NCBI GenBank assembly: GCA_051294905.1
Contig: CM119372.1
Location: 30,878,001-30,942,000, forward strand
Length of the DNA stretch: 64,000 bases
From: Botryllus schlosseri
Taxonomy: Eukaryota
Direction of reading: 5' to 3'
Shown here: positions 27,918 through 40,545 of the stretch, one piece after another
Layout of the letters: every line of letters starts with the position of its first letter
Numbering within the stretch: position 1 is the stretch's first letter
Translations under genes and position numbers: made by a program
The notes under the pieces: model-generated
Told to the model about the DNA's origin: nothing
The model's input: the letters and a program-made list of their open reading frames with translations, nothing else
The model's database searches: none

Positions 27918-28212
27918 CGCGCTACAGTCAATCTCCTATATCGGTCACAGTGCCGTATACGGCCAATGTAGAGGCCATTGTCACGGTGACAGTTTGAAGT
28001 GGGATAATAGCCACGCGGAAAAGCGGAAAAGCCACGCGGAAAAGCCACGCGGAAAAGCCACGCGCTACAGTCAATCTCCTATATCGGTCACAGTGCCGTA
28101 TACGGCCAATGTAGAGGCCATTGTCACGGTGACAGTTTGAAGTGGGATAATAGCCACGCGGAAAAGCGGAAAAGCCACGCGGAAAAGCCACGCGGAATAG
28201 CCACGCGGAAAA
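27918..28212. repeat. 143-bp tandem duplication with internal (AGCCACGCGGAAA)n units
   Basis: Near-identical copies start at 27918 and 28061. Confidence 0.95.
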
Positions 28213-29080
28213 AGATTGGTCTACTCAAAATATTTACAAAATGGTAGACTTTCAAATTCGGATCATGCTCACCACAAAAAACATTTGATTCAAGTATGCC
28301 ATTGCGTCAGCCATCAGCCATTACCATTGAGTTCACTTGAAGTGGGTATCATTTTTGTCATAATTGTAAAAGCATTCCGTTGCTACCTCTAGGCAAAAAG
28401 TCGGTGATTCCAAAAATATTACGGCTTGAGGTTTGATATTGCATCTCGTGATGTTCAATAGCCGTATCTCTGACCAAACTGGCTGAAAATAGTGTGAAAT
28501 TTACCGTATATGCTTAAAAAACAGTCAGCCATCCAAGAAATACAGCCGAATCATGGTATTCGATAACAGAAACAGACACCAAATGAATTCATGTCCTTTC
28601 GCAATGGCTGCGTGCCAAGCGCTATGGTTCGGTTGCGGACAAGTATTAGGTTACCTGGCGAATATTGCTAAATCAGTTACACAGTTCTAGGAGAGTGTGT
28701 TTTCAGTCATATATTCCAAAGTCAACGCCGAAATAATGGCTTGTAAGAGAAAGCAATTTCACGGTCAATGTCAGATCTGGCAGAGACAGTTTTGGCCGGG
28801 TATCGTTCTTAACACGAGTTTGCCTCGTGCGAGACACAAGAACGTTCCAAATCACCGCTCCACTTTTACCAACAAAGGCAACGCTCCGAGTTCTTGCTTG
28901 ACTCGATCTGTTTGCGAATATCGAATTGTCTCCGCCGTCGGTAACTACGGCCGGCAAGTCTACTTTTACAAACGTCTACAACGGCAGACCGTTATGTAGT
29001 ATGTAATCTTTCTGAAATTTCCATCGACGAAATTCCAGCACCGCCGCTACCGAAGAGTTAAGATTCCTGAATCGCTGTAC

Positions 29081-29262
29081 CTATCTGGGGTGAATTTCCA
29101 AGCGCTCAGTTCGCTTTGGGCCTGTTCCAGTTTGTTTTTGGTCTCCTTCAGTTCGTCTATCATGCGGTCGAACAGCAGATTCACTGCGGGGTCGAGAAGC
29201 GCTTCACGCAGGCTTCTCGCGGCAATGTCTTCTTGAGATTTCTTGATGTGGGCAAGTTGAGC
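29081..29262 (-). CDS. WTAP: WTAP coding exon 3
   Basis: ttgcag|AQLAH...LLDPAVNLLF...KLEQAQSELSAWKFTPD AG|gtacag. Confidence 0.95.
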
Positions 29263-29559
29263 CTGCAACAGATCGGCAGCGGTCAGGCGATGACGCTATC
29301 CAAGTATGAATGTTGGCATTGAACAAGATGTACCGAAAGCAGAGGTAACATCATAAATTTATAATCAATTATAATAAGCAGCGATTTCTAAGACATCTCA
29401 AAACTACTTTGAGGGGTCTGTTAGCAGTTAATCGCAGGTAGCTAGTTTTGAAATAAATCTTTGTTAATTGTTAAATTGCCAGTAGATAAAACTACGTGTA
29501 CTCTGTAAAAATGCAAGCAGGCCTACTTCGCTATTGACAGCTTACGAGTGGTTTCTTAC

Positions 29560-29657
29560 CGCAAACTGCTGCAACTCCTGCTCTTTAGTTGCTAAACGCA
29601 TGACCAACACGTTTTCACGACGGCTAGTTTCCGCGGCCTTTAATTTGTCGCCAGGAT
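29560..29657 (-). CDS. WTAP: WTAP coding exon 2
   Basis: cacag|..PGDKLKAAETSRRENVLVMRLATKEQELQQFA|gtaag; conserved RREN-x-LVMRLATKEQE. Confidence 0.95.
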
Positions 29658-30039
29658 CTGTGAGGTGGATAGCATTAGGACACAAAATGAGACAAGAAAA
29701 GGTTGCAAGTTGCAACATAGGCCTTATTTATCGCACTAAGGTCGAGGTGTAGCCTACTGATAACAGTTATATCACACGCAATGATATGGGAATACTGAAA
29801 TATATATAGGCCTACGCAGAGCGCTGAGTAAAAAGTACGTATGTATGTCCACTATTAGAGGTGAAGCAATCAATCATTTCATCATCAATCAAGTGTATAA
29901 CATATAAGAAAAAGGTATTGTATGAGATCAGGAATATTGCACTTCGATGCCGATAGAAAACTTGTGTTGAGGAGCATCAGCTAAGCTGCTTACCTAAAGC
30001 TAATCGAAATATCTATGTGGGCCAGGAGTGCCAACAGGG

Positions 30040-30221
30040 CAGTGTTTCAAACTGTTTCCTATTACGTACCACTAATTTGTTTTTTACCATAAGGCGTACC
30101 ACCAACTTGTTTTTCCTTAAACGGCGTACCACCTGAATTACTTATTATGTATATACTTGAATGTACCGGTGTTTGTTGGTTATTCCGTTAGTACTCTCAC
30201 GTACCAGTTTGAGAACCACTG
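30040..30221. mobile_element. Short hAT MITE in WTAP intron
   Basis: CAGTGTTTCAAACTG...CAGTTTGAGAACCACTG, TSD CAACAGGG/CAATAGGG, CGTACCAC subrepeats. Confidence 0.75.
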
Positions 30222-32231
30222 CAATAGGGTGGTAGGGTGGTGGACTGGTCGTCCTATCGGTAGAGAGCCTTTCAGCAGACCGAGCAGATAGCAATACTAA
30301 TCACCAGTTGGTATTATCAATACGGGCGGAACAGGCTCTATATTTACTGGATTAGGTACAAAGCACAATCCAAACTAACAGCAGAAAATCTATAACAAAG
30401 GTGTCGATGCGATATATGTGCGGATTGTTTTTGTCAGCAGGCATGTCGCCTTTCAATGTACAAAATCATGCCACTGATGCAAATACAAGAACTAGACGCT
30501 GCAAGCAGTAGAAACGTTAAATAAGGCCCACATTTTGAAGTACAAAGAGAACATTAGATGAACACTAATAAATCATTTACAGCACCTGCAATACACGAAG
30601 GTTAGATTAAGGCATTATAATGGAATAAAATTTCGAAGTTTATGGTCTATCCATTGTCATTACTGTATTTGTACATGCCAAACCACGATGTGGCATAAAT
30701 ATGTCCGATTGACGATTGTAATGAAGCAATTCTTTTATAATACAGCAAGAATACCAACACCATTGTTGTTGCCATTTATAATGGGCCATAGGCCTTCATG
30801 TAAAAGCCTACATTACATAAGTGGAGTAATGTATTTCACAGGTTAAGTATCTGGACACAATAGGATACCAGACACTATGAATCAACTCAGCACTATCAGG
30901 TTGACATAATATCATCATAAGAAAGCACATTCCAAAACCCGAATTCAGCTCTTCAAAATCAATCACATTGCTTTCTAGGAAATGGATTGTGCTTATGGCC
31001 TCCATAAATGGAAATGATTGGAGTGAAAATGTAGAGATGTTCTCATTAAATTCAAGTGTCCGTAGCTTGCTAATAACCACAGACAGATGCATCTCATATA
31101 ATAACAGACTTGTTTCAACAATGACAGCAACTATGATGATGATGGCATATGAAGTGGATGATTACCCCAAGATAGGTGAACGCAGGCAGATGAACATGCA
31201 AGTGTTAAAATTACCAATGGTGCCGATCTGCCGAACTGTGCATAAATATATTGTGAATCGATGTGGAAGAGGATTACCAATAATCAAGCTACCAACAGTA
31301 GCAGAAATATATTCACACAAACAGAAAGTTCTGTGTTGGTGCAGGCAGAGATTTTATGTAATGCAATAGCTTTTGATTCTACAATTCGATATTCTCCATT
31401 ATGAAGAGATTGATATGTAAGATAGTGAAGTCATTATTCCGGTAAGAGAGCAAGCACCCCACAGACAAGTTATTGGGTAGCCTTAGCCAGTATGGCTGTC
31501 TCTAAATCACTCGACTATTTGAGTAGGCGTTGCCTACAAGCAATATCGGCATTACTGATTGACATATGTCTGGATATGAATGTGACACTGATAATATTCG
31601 AGAGGTAGCGCGTGTCACCTTGAAACCAATGGCTGATGCGGTATATCAGTAATATATAAATAGTTCAAGCAAGAATCAACAATACTGCTCACAGACACAA
31701 GGAATACCTTTTGAATTGGAAAGGGCCTAAGCAAATTTATGTTGGACTTGATTTCATTTGTGAAATTATTACTAGAGTGCATTTCAAAATGAATGTATTA
31801 TTCAATTGTATATTAAGCTATCAGTAGCTTACAGAGTTCGTCTTGTGTATAATTTACTCTAGTGATGCCATTTTATTCTTGATTATTGAAGCTAGTCGAT
31901 GCAATCAGTCAATAAGTTCAAACGAGTGCACTAATCTAGCCTGGCAACATTTTCAGCCAAAGCGTATAAAACGAATACTGTGAATGTGGAGAATGGAAAT
32001 ACGGTAATGAAGCAAAATTATGGGTTTTATGATACACTGCATCAAAAAAAAGCCGCGTATGAACAAAACATATCCAGCTCCCCTGTATTTTTTTTACGTT
32101 GGCCAAGTGTTCATTTGTACTGAGGTTTTGTTGTGTCTGTTGTGAGTCTGAACCCAACCTTATTATAATCTCTCAAATCCACAAACATGCAAACAGCTGT
32201 TTTGACACAATCATCCAGCAAAATAGCTTAC

Positions 32232-32382
32232 CTTTATCAGAGGATTCGGATTTGGCTTGCAATTCATTGAGAAGTCCCTGCTGCTTCACGTACAGCTGTA
32301 TGATTTCATCTTTGCTTATTTTACTCAATTCCTCTCCCGATAAGCGCATGCGCTTTGTGGGCGGGGACCCAATATTGTTCAT
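32232..32382 (-). CDS. WTAP: WTAP / fl(2)d (m6A writer complex adaptor), coding exon 1
   Basis: MNNIGSPPTKRMRLSGEELSKISKDEII..., with the NLS-like P-x-K-x-x-RL of the WTAP N-terminus; donor GTAAGC, phase 1. Confidence 0.85.
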
Positions 32383-34381
32383 AGCTAGAGCTATTCTTAA
32401 CAAATATTAGGACCATTAGTAGTAGCTCCGGCGAGATCATAATTGTACAGAATTGAAAATGAAACACAATAAAAACTAGATTAAGAATTGGCATTATAAA
32501 GAATCGATATGCAACAAGAGGGCGATGCATTCCCTGGTTTCCAACTAATTATCTTACTCTCAGGAAGGAAATAATTATCTCGACACAAGCGACTAAGGTT
32601 TCAGAAACCATTCTAAATAGACGCAAGTACCAAGGCAATTCCCTACACCACAACGAGTACACTTGAAATGCAAATCATTTATTTCAATAACTTCCAATGC
32701 GTGTCAAATATAGCAACCTTTTAGAGCAATATTTCTAACCAGACAAGCGAGCAAGATAACTAGGAGTTCAACAATTACAGGTGCAGCTACTATTAATAAA
32801 TAGAAGATATCATATGTATTGGTATTGATAAAACGTAACAATATGCAATTAGGCACTCTGAGAAAATGATATTCGATCATTAATATGAATCTATGCAATA
32901 GATGTTGAAACGGCTATATGAGAAAGATGGGCAAAAAGGTAAATATTGTGTTAGACAACAACATGAAATCAAATGCTAATAAAAACACACTGCTTCCTCA
33001 GTTTCTGTAAACTTCTGTAGCACCAGCCAATTGACTATTCTTCAATTCTAGTACATAAATCTGATAACTCCAAATTCGACATGCGAAATCATTATGACAT
33101 GGGGATATAACATCTTTCATAGTATATTTTCAAATTTCTGTGTCGCTGGGCGTTTCGGTGAGGTTGCCGCAGCATATTCACATTAACACACATTAGTTAT
33201 TATAAAAGGGTAAAATTGAAATCATGATCTATTTCAAAGATATAGGCCTATATGGCGGTAATGATGACAAAACAAATTCGACATGGGGATATCATTCCTG
33301 ATAGTGGCGTACGAACGGCGTCCGATCAGGGAATATAGAGGTGTAACGTGGTAAAACCTAACCTTGTTTGCGGGGAACATTAAAATTTCTTCTTGTTCAT
33401 ATGCAACTTCATTTTTTTACTTCACTACAACATGTTCAAGTGCAAGATTAATAGAAATCAATTGAGTCTCGCAGCTTGATATATTAACACCAGATATTCC
33501 GAAAATAACGAATTTCGATCAATATCCCAAGGAGATAAAACCAGATGTTTACCGTAGAAGGCAAGACGCTCATGACTAATGCACACGGACTAATCTAAAA
33601 CCTCAATCAATAGCCTACATTCATAAAATTCAAGGCAATAAGTATTCAAGGCGATCACGGCAATCACAAATTGAATGACTTCAAGACAAAGATACATTTC
33701 GTAGAAAACAGGTGCAGCTATGTGAATCGTACCATCAAATAGCAACAAGTTCGAGGTAAAAATAGTGCAAAGTACATGACCTTCACAATGATCAAAATGC
33801 GTTCCAGCAATTGAACAATATGGATTAAGAGCAAATGGCTTCATTTGGTTGCAGCAAGCTAAGAAAGCAGTAACAGTGACATATAAAATATGAAATGTTC
33901 TTAAATGGTCGACGCGGTATCAAGTTATAGAAACCGGACTGGATAGAAGCACCATAGCTAATGTCAGTGGAAACGAGCACTTTTAGAACCAACTATAAGC
34001 AAACTTATGGTTCAGTTTAATAAAATTTCATATTTATTTACATTAATTAGGTTAAAATGAAAAATATCAAACTCTACAAGGCATATAAGATAAAAAAGGC
34101 TAAATACTATCCCGATTGTATAGAAAAACCACTTCTCCGACCCTACACAATAAACATGGTATTTGCTAGCATGAAATCGCACCGTACCTCATATCTCTGC
34201 ATCCATCTTCGACATTGTAACCTCGTGATTCAGGGGCAATTGGGCATGCACCACAGCTTCTGCGCATAGCAGAGCGGATATACATATTTCCGAGAATTGA
34301 GAACCTTGATCCATTTTGAAATATGATTATTGTAGAAATTTACATGGCCATCCACGGATTCGGATATTGTGATGGGTTATT

Positions 34382-36847
34382 TCACACCCAAGACTGCCCG
34401 AGGGGGGTCGACCTTTCACCGAGGTCATTTTTTTCATCATGCCCAGATCTTTTTTGGGAGGCATGCCGTGACGATCGATCACTTGAACGATGCGATCTAT
34501 TCTTCAAGCCACGCCGCTCTTGGGAACCGGAGGGCGAACCTCTCGATTGATTAATTTTATCGGGCTTCGATCCGATATCGGATTTTTCCCGATCGGATTT
34601 TTTCGAATCGGATTTTTTAGGGGGCGAGGCATCGCCAGAAACGTGGCTTTGATTTCTCTCTTTTTCTCTTCCTCTTTCGTGTTTGGACGACCGCTGGGAT
34701 TCCGGGGATTCGGGGTATCTTTCTTCGCGGCGATGGCGAGGTTTCGATCTTGAACTTTGTTCTGAACGGGAAGAATTTGGCGATGATTCTCTTTTTTTCT
34801 TCCTTCCTTTAGATTGCAGCAGAGATGACGTATCGTCAAACGGCGTCGGAGTATCTTCGGCGTTCTCTGGTTCGGATTTCCTGTCTTTAACGGTTTTTGA
34901 TGCTGATTTCTTTTCGGAAGTTTTGCTGCGTACCGATCCTCGATTGGAAGACGTTGGGTGCGCCACGGGCGGAGAATGGGGCAAGGGCGGTGCTTTTTCA
35001 TGGCTTGATACCATCAGACGCAGCTCTAGATCGTTGAAGGCAGATGATGGCGCTTCGTCCACTAATCTCTCATTGTGGACGGTGGATATGGAATCGGATA
35101 TCTTCGAGGGTCGCGACCCTTGATCGACGTCAAGGCTTCGCCGATTTGCTTCATTTTCTAATTTCATCAACTCCTCATCGTGCGTCGGTAATTTTTTAAA
35201 CAACTGACTACGCGGAGCGTAAAATATTTTACCGCGGTCATCGACAAAGCATTCGAGATTGCGACCGTGCTTTCGGTTCGCACGCACAACCGTGTTAAAA
35301 CCGGACCGGTACTCCTTCAATTTTTCACGTCGCAGAAAAAAAATCTCGCTCGTTTCCGCCTGTTTGCACACCGTCCACTCTAACGGCAAAGGTGGGTCGA
35401 TGTCGGACGTGCAACAGCAGAAAATACTCCGCATTTTCATAAACTGCGGGTATGCATTGCGCGAGTACATTCTCATTTTGTGCACAAAGAAATAATACCA
35501 GATGCACATCACGGCACCGATAAGATTCAGCAACAACTCGAATATCATCACGATATAATATTTTGTGGGCACCAACAAATCTTCTTCGTCGCGTACCGAG
35601 TGATACACACCGGGAAGCATAAAAAGCAACACATTTTCAATGATATATATGAAATAGTACCAGAATATGTAGCAATAAGGTTGCCCCAGAAACGCGTAAT
35701 TTCTGGGTCTAACGTTGATGAAAATACCGACCAAACTATTGTGCAACACGCTTATAAAATCTTGGCTCAAAAACATGTAAGCTCGAAATTTATAATCCGC
35801 CTGTACCAGCTGCCTAGTCTTTTTGTGCATATCTGTCGGGTACCATAAATAAACCAAATACGCCACCAAGCATACCCAGTGTACAAACACAAAGACAAGG
35901 ATATACACTTGGAAATACACGGTAAAATACACAAACACAAGAATTCGAGCTGCCAAAAATGATCCTTTATACAGGGACAGGAAGAAAATCTGGGGCCATT
36001 CTAGTCTTGTCGCGAAAACACGCGAATGGAGCAAAGTACGGTCAACCATGAGACGATCCGCTTCATTATCTTTCCTTGTTTTGTCGTATCTGACGATACC
36101 GCCGCATAAAGACAGGTATGATAACGTCGCGGAAATGTACTGCACCACGGCAGTGTTTGGGTAACGGACGATGAGGTATAAATTAATGAGTAGCTGTGGC
36201 AGAGACTCGAGCATGCTTTCTGTCAATTTCATTTTGTTGAGATGCGACAACCATTCTTCCCGTGTCAACTGTTTCCACCATGTTCTGTCGGAATTTATCG
36301 GGTAGGCAGTGTCTGCCGCGTCATCGTCGACCGGTACTTCCATAAAGGCACGACGTTCTACCGTGTTTGCCCGGTCATCTATATCTGCCAAATTTGACAA
36401 TGATGCACCGCGGCTACTCATATTTAGCCGGTTGGTTTTTGGCTTCGAACGTTTATAGTCCAGCCACGCCTTCATGTAGCGGTAGGACAGTTTGAAATGA
36501 TACCAAATAACAGTAAGTTGAAATGGAATGTTCAGAGCGGTTCGTAAAATTACAGTGCCCCATTTGATATTTTTTCCGTACGTCTTCACCAAAAACTGAC
36601 ATTCTAGAATGGCAAGCAAAATCGACGGGCCGATAATAAATCCCATCGATAATCCAAACGCTGCGTACCATTCTTGGTCATAGTACATCTTCAACGTAAT
36701 AATATCGGTGACAATGTCAGCGAAATACACAATGGTGGTGCCGAACGTAAAGGCAAAATCGATGAATAACATCCATCGTTCCGGTATCGACGGAAAGCGA
36801 ATGTTACAACAGCGCGTATTCTCTTTATCGTTACTCTTGGCCTCCAT
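34382..36847 (-). CDS. XK-related (XKR) multi-pass membrane protein, putative phospholipid scramblase; single coding exon, 821 aa
   Basis: YFADIVTDI in the first TM region, E-x2-LES-x-PQL-x-I-x-LY (ESMLESLPQLLINLY), ARIL, HW and YIIEN motifs typical of the XK family; long S/R/K-rich tail. Acceptor ttttctcag 51 nt upstream of the ATG. Confidence 0.9.
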   Translation of the reverse strand: MEAKSNDKENTRCCNIRFPSIPERWMLFIDFAFTFGTTIVYFADIVTDIITLKMYYDQEWYAAFGLSMGFIIGPSILLAILECQFLVKTYGKNIKWGTVILRTALNIPFQLTVIWYHFKLSYRYMKAWLDYKRSKPKTNRLNMSSRGASLSNLADIDDRANTVERRAFMEVPVDDDAADTAYPINSDRTWWKQLTREEWLSHLNKMKLTESMLESLPQLLINLYLIVRYPNTAVVQYISATLSYLSLCGGIVRYDKTRKDNEADRLMVDRTLLHSRVFATRLEWPQIFFLSLYKGSFLAARILVFVYFTVYFQVYILVFVFVHWVCLVAYLVYLWYPTDMHKKTRQLVQADYKFRAYMFLSQDFISVLHNSLVGIFINVRPRNYAFLGQPYCYIFWYYFIYIIENVLLFMLPGVYHSVRDEEDLLVPTKYYIVMIFELLLNLIGAVMCIWYYFFVHKMRMYSRNAYPQFMKMRSIFCCCTSDIDPPLPLEWTVCKQAETSEIFFLRREKLKEYRSGFNTVVRANRKHGRNLECFVDDRGKIFYAPRSQLFKKLPTHDEELMKLENEANRRSLDVDQGSRPSKISDSISTVHNERLVDEAPSSAFNDLELRLMVSSHEKAPPLPHSPPVAHPTSSNRGSVRSKTSEKKSASKTVKDRKSEPENAEDTPTPFDDTSSLLQSKGRKKKRESSPNSSRSEQSSRSKPRHRREERYPESPESQRSSKHERGREKERNQSHVSGDASPPKKSDSKKSDREKSDIGSKPDKINQSRGSPSGSQERRGLKNRSHRSSDRSSRHASQKRSGHDEKNDLGERSTPLGQSWV

Positions 36848-37170
36848 TGTTTCACATCAATATGAATGCATCGCGGGCGTAACCAACATGGCAAATATCT
36901 GAGAAAATAGCATGTTTTTTGCTCAACTAATGCTTCACGATATAACCTACTAGTGAGCAGGTGACTCGAAAGACTAACACCATTAGAACACGGTACTTAG
37001 AGCCCGTTATAGGCACTAGTATACTATACATCAACTATAAATGATAGAACTGAAGTAGAAATTACTTAAACCCAAAGGCCGGGTTGGAATCCTGGTAAGT
37101 TTAGCGTAATATATTTGGTATACCAAGACACTTCTGAGCGTCACACCTGTGTGTAGTCAGTAAGAATCTT

Positions 37171-37914
37171 GGCGCTTCTTCGATATACGCCCCAGATCGA
37201 AACAGTGTTCCCTGTGTCACCAACAAATGTTTAACATGAACACAATAAAATTTATAAACGTCAAAATAAATTGTATTTTGCCTTTGTTGTGGAAGGGGGG
37301 TGTTATGCTTGGAGGAGAGGGGGATATTAGGACTGGGGTGGGAGGATTTTAGGGCTGAGTAGAGCGGGATATTAGAGTTGGAGAGTGATGGATATTAGGG
37401 TTGTGAAAAGGGGATATTAGGGTTGGAGGAGAGGGGGATATTAGGGTTGGGGAAGGGGGATATTAGGGTTGGGGGATGGGTTTAGAGTTAGGGCTAGAGC
37501 TGGGTTGGGGTTAGATCTGGGTTAGGGTAACCAAGATTAGATTTGGGGTGAGGGACACGATATCCAGCCCTAATATCCCACACTCTCCCGACCATAATAT
37601 CCCTCAACCCTAATCGTGAGGCACCCCAACCCCAACTTTGAGCCTAACCCACCTCCGACCCTAATATCCCCTTCCCAGCTCTAATCTTGGAATACCCTAA
37701 CCCAACCCTAATATCCTCTTCTCCTCCAACCTTAATACCCCTCCCCCAACCCTAATCTTGGGATACCCTAACCCACATCCAACCCTAATGTCCGTCTCTC
37801 CACAGGCAAAAAAATTATTTTGACGTTTATAAAATTTGATCGGGTTCAAGGGAAACACTTGCTGGTGACATGTGAAACACTGTTCCGATCTGGGGCGTAT
37901 ATCGAAGAAGCGCC
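37171..37914. mobile_element. Fold-back DNA element with telomere-like core
   Basis: ~110-bp TIRs starting GGCGCTTCTTCGATATACGCCCCAGATCG, perfect 8-bp TSD AGAATCTT. Left half has degenerate ATTAGGGTTGG repeats, right half CCCTAAT repeats. Confidence 0.9.
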
Positions 37915-39034
37915 AGAATCTTTGGTGTGCACGAAACACCGATTCCATATTGGCCCCATGGTGTACCAGACTGGAAACAGTGGTGGTTTTCGGCAGCAAG
38001 TTTCACATGACGGAAGGGTTGCTTGCATAGAATAATTATGTTGTAATTAAACGGAAAGTTGTGTGTGAGTGACGTTGTCACCGATTCCACTCTGGATGGT
38101 GACCATGGTGACTAGACTGATGGGCCGGAGTGGAACTGGTGGAGTGGTGGCAAACGTCACACGCAACTTATCGACGAAAACAACCACTGATTCCAGTCTG
38201 GCTGATGGGTTGGAAGCCATGATGTCGACGCTAAACTACAGCAAATAAAGACTAGCAACTCACCTACCACAACACTGGTATAAGTGGTAAAAATGACATA
38301 GATTGTATATCTTACACTAGAATCCACTTGGAAATTCCACTGAACGTACACAGGCCACTTTACAGATGGTAATACAATATCATCACATATTAATGACATT
38401 AGAAAAGTTATAAATAGGAAGGAAACACAAAGGAATAAGTTACTGGCGAATTTCATTATATTAACGCGATTCAGCAACGTCTATGACCGACTATGTCGAA
38501 CGTTGCGACGTCCGCCAGAGCGCAATTGGTGGCAACGTCATGGTGAAAGTTGCGCATAAGTATCCTATGCAACACTGCAATAAGCCATTCTGTCACGCGA
38601 AACGTATTGCCGAAAACAACCACTCTTTTACAGTCTCGGTCTTGCGTAAAGTAACTGACATACAAACAGGTTCGAGATTAATGAGACGGAGGTGACTTTT
38701 CAAATTGTAATATACGGATATATCATGACCCGGGCGAACTGCTTCCACAAAAATGCATATTCCTGACTGTAACAAGGTAGACTTTCCATGGACTTTCATG
38801 CTCAATGCCAGACTCGAATCGTTAGCTCGTGCCGCAAAAGGGCACAAAAAATGGCGACAACCGACAATCCAACACCCAGTTCCGACAATCTATTCCCTCG
38901 CTTTGCCTCGTTCGCTAGGAACATCAGGTTACTGTGGTTCCGTGTGGTGTATGGCTCAATCGAAAACTTGAAATACCACACCTCTCAATGAATAATCGTA
39001 ATAATCGATAGACGATAGAAGGATGCCGACACGC

Positions 39035-40545
39035 AGTTGCGATCTTTTAGACTGACATCCACCTCGGCCTAGAGTGCCCGCCATCACAGTTCTTTTCGAT
39101 GTTGATCTTCTTGAAGCCGCGGTTCTTTCTAGTTCTTTCCATCCCTTTTGAGCAGAGGTCTCAAACTCAAATGTGCTCGCGGGCCAGTTTTCCAGCTTTG
39201 ACGACGCCGCGGGCCGCATCATTTGTAGGGGTATTCTATGTATTTCCAAGTAGGCCTTATTTGGCTGGAATGAATTGTCCTATTGAAAGTGAGCCGATCC
39301 AGCAGACTGACAGTAAACATAAACACACATAGTCAAAATGTGATTTACTCTTGTATCAATTGAGGCCTGACACGAAAAGAATCATCACATTTATAACTAT
39401 TTGAATCGAATTGTTGTTGTACTCAACTCAACGATTAAACATTATATATATTAATTATAAGATATAGACACAATATGGACGGACAAACGTATGATGCCAT
39501 CATAAAAGCTATCGGGTTATAATTTTGCAGCTACTATGTGAATATTTTGAATTTAACAGATTGATAATAGAGACTGATCTGATATCAAAACATTTTTTAG
39601 GTTAAGCATTGTAATTCCAATCCAGGATTCGGGTATACTTCTGATTAGTAGGCTATTAATCTATATCTTCAATAATAGGAGCAGAAAAAAATATAAATAT
39701 AATATAAATATATTGATGAATGTGTCCTAGTGATTGAAATGTCGGAACGCCGAACGGCCCATTGTTGTTACATCGTTGGAGCGTACCACTACCGTACTAT
39801 CGGTACCTTTGAGTGGCCCTAATAACATGGTTTAGCGACCAAAGATGTAACTAACAGATAGCCAATGATTGCCAAAACTACTTGCTTAGTTAGCGAAATA
39901 CCAAGCTGCGACCTTCTGATCTATTACTATCCCCCTTGCACGCGACTAGTTTGTTGCGTCCATGGTTCTAACAAATTCACGGTATTCCGAGTCCACTCGA
40001 GTCATTTCCATTTTGCCATCGAGTTAGCCCGAGTCTGAGTAATTCTAAAAAAGGTCGCGTCCAAGTCCAACTCACAAATTTCAGTCACGAATCGTCTAAG
40101 GGTCAGGTTTTGTCATCATGAATTGGAAATGTGGCGAAATAGTGAATCTTCCACTGCGGCAACGTTTGCAATTGATGTGATACTGAAGTTTGATCAATAG
40201 TTTCAGGCTTTCGGGGAATATTCACTTTATTACCTGAAAAGATAGGCTATATGTGACGCTTATATATTGTCAAATTAATAAAAATCTAAAATGTCGTCGC
40301 GGGCCGCACAGAATGCTCTGGCGGGCCGCGTGTTTGAGTATAGATAACTAACCTACGGTAGGTTAGTTATCTATAGTTTGAGACCTCTGCTTTTGAGTGT
40401 TTTCTCTCGTCGGGTCTTTTTCTGGGATTTTTGTCGCCGTAAGAACGGCGACAGCGGGGGAAAGAGAAGCCCAGATGAACCTCCGACGGGAATCGAACCG
40501 GGCCGCACGATTAGTAGGCGCTTATCGTCATCATTACTCCCTCCT
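39035..40545 (-). mobile_element. tRNA-derived SINE interrupted by a hAT MITE
   Basis: Minus-strand head with B-box GGTTCGATTCC at ~40488-40500. Body homologous to 46870-47160 and split by 39153-40389. Confidence 0.75.
39153..40389. mobile_element. hAT-Charlie-like non-autonomous element
   Basis: TIR CAGAGGTCTCAAAC, perfect TSD CTTTTGAG, empty site visible at ~47010. Partial inverted copy from 48479. Confidence 0.9.

Noticed and set aside
27918..28212. CRISPR-like array
   Set aside because: No unique spacers; a plain tandem duplication inside a eukaryotic intron.
40480..40545. tRNA gene
   Set aside because: No complete cloverleaf; it is attached to a repeated body, so it is a SINE head.
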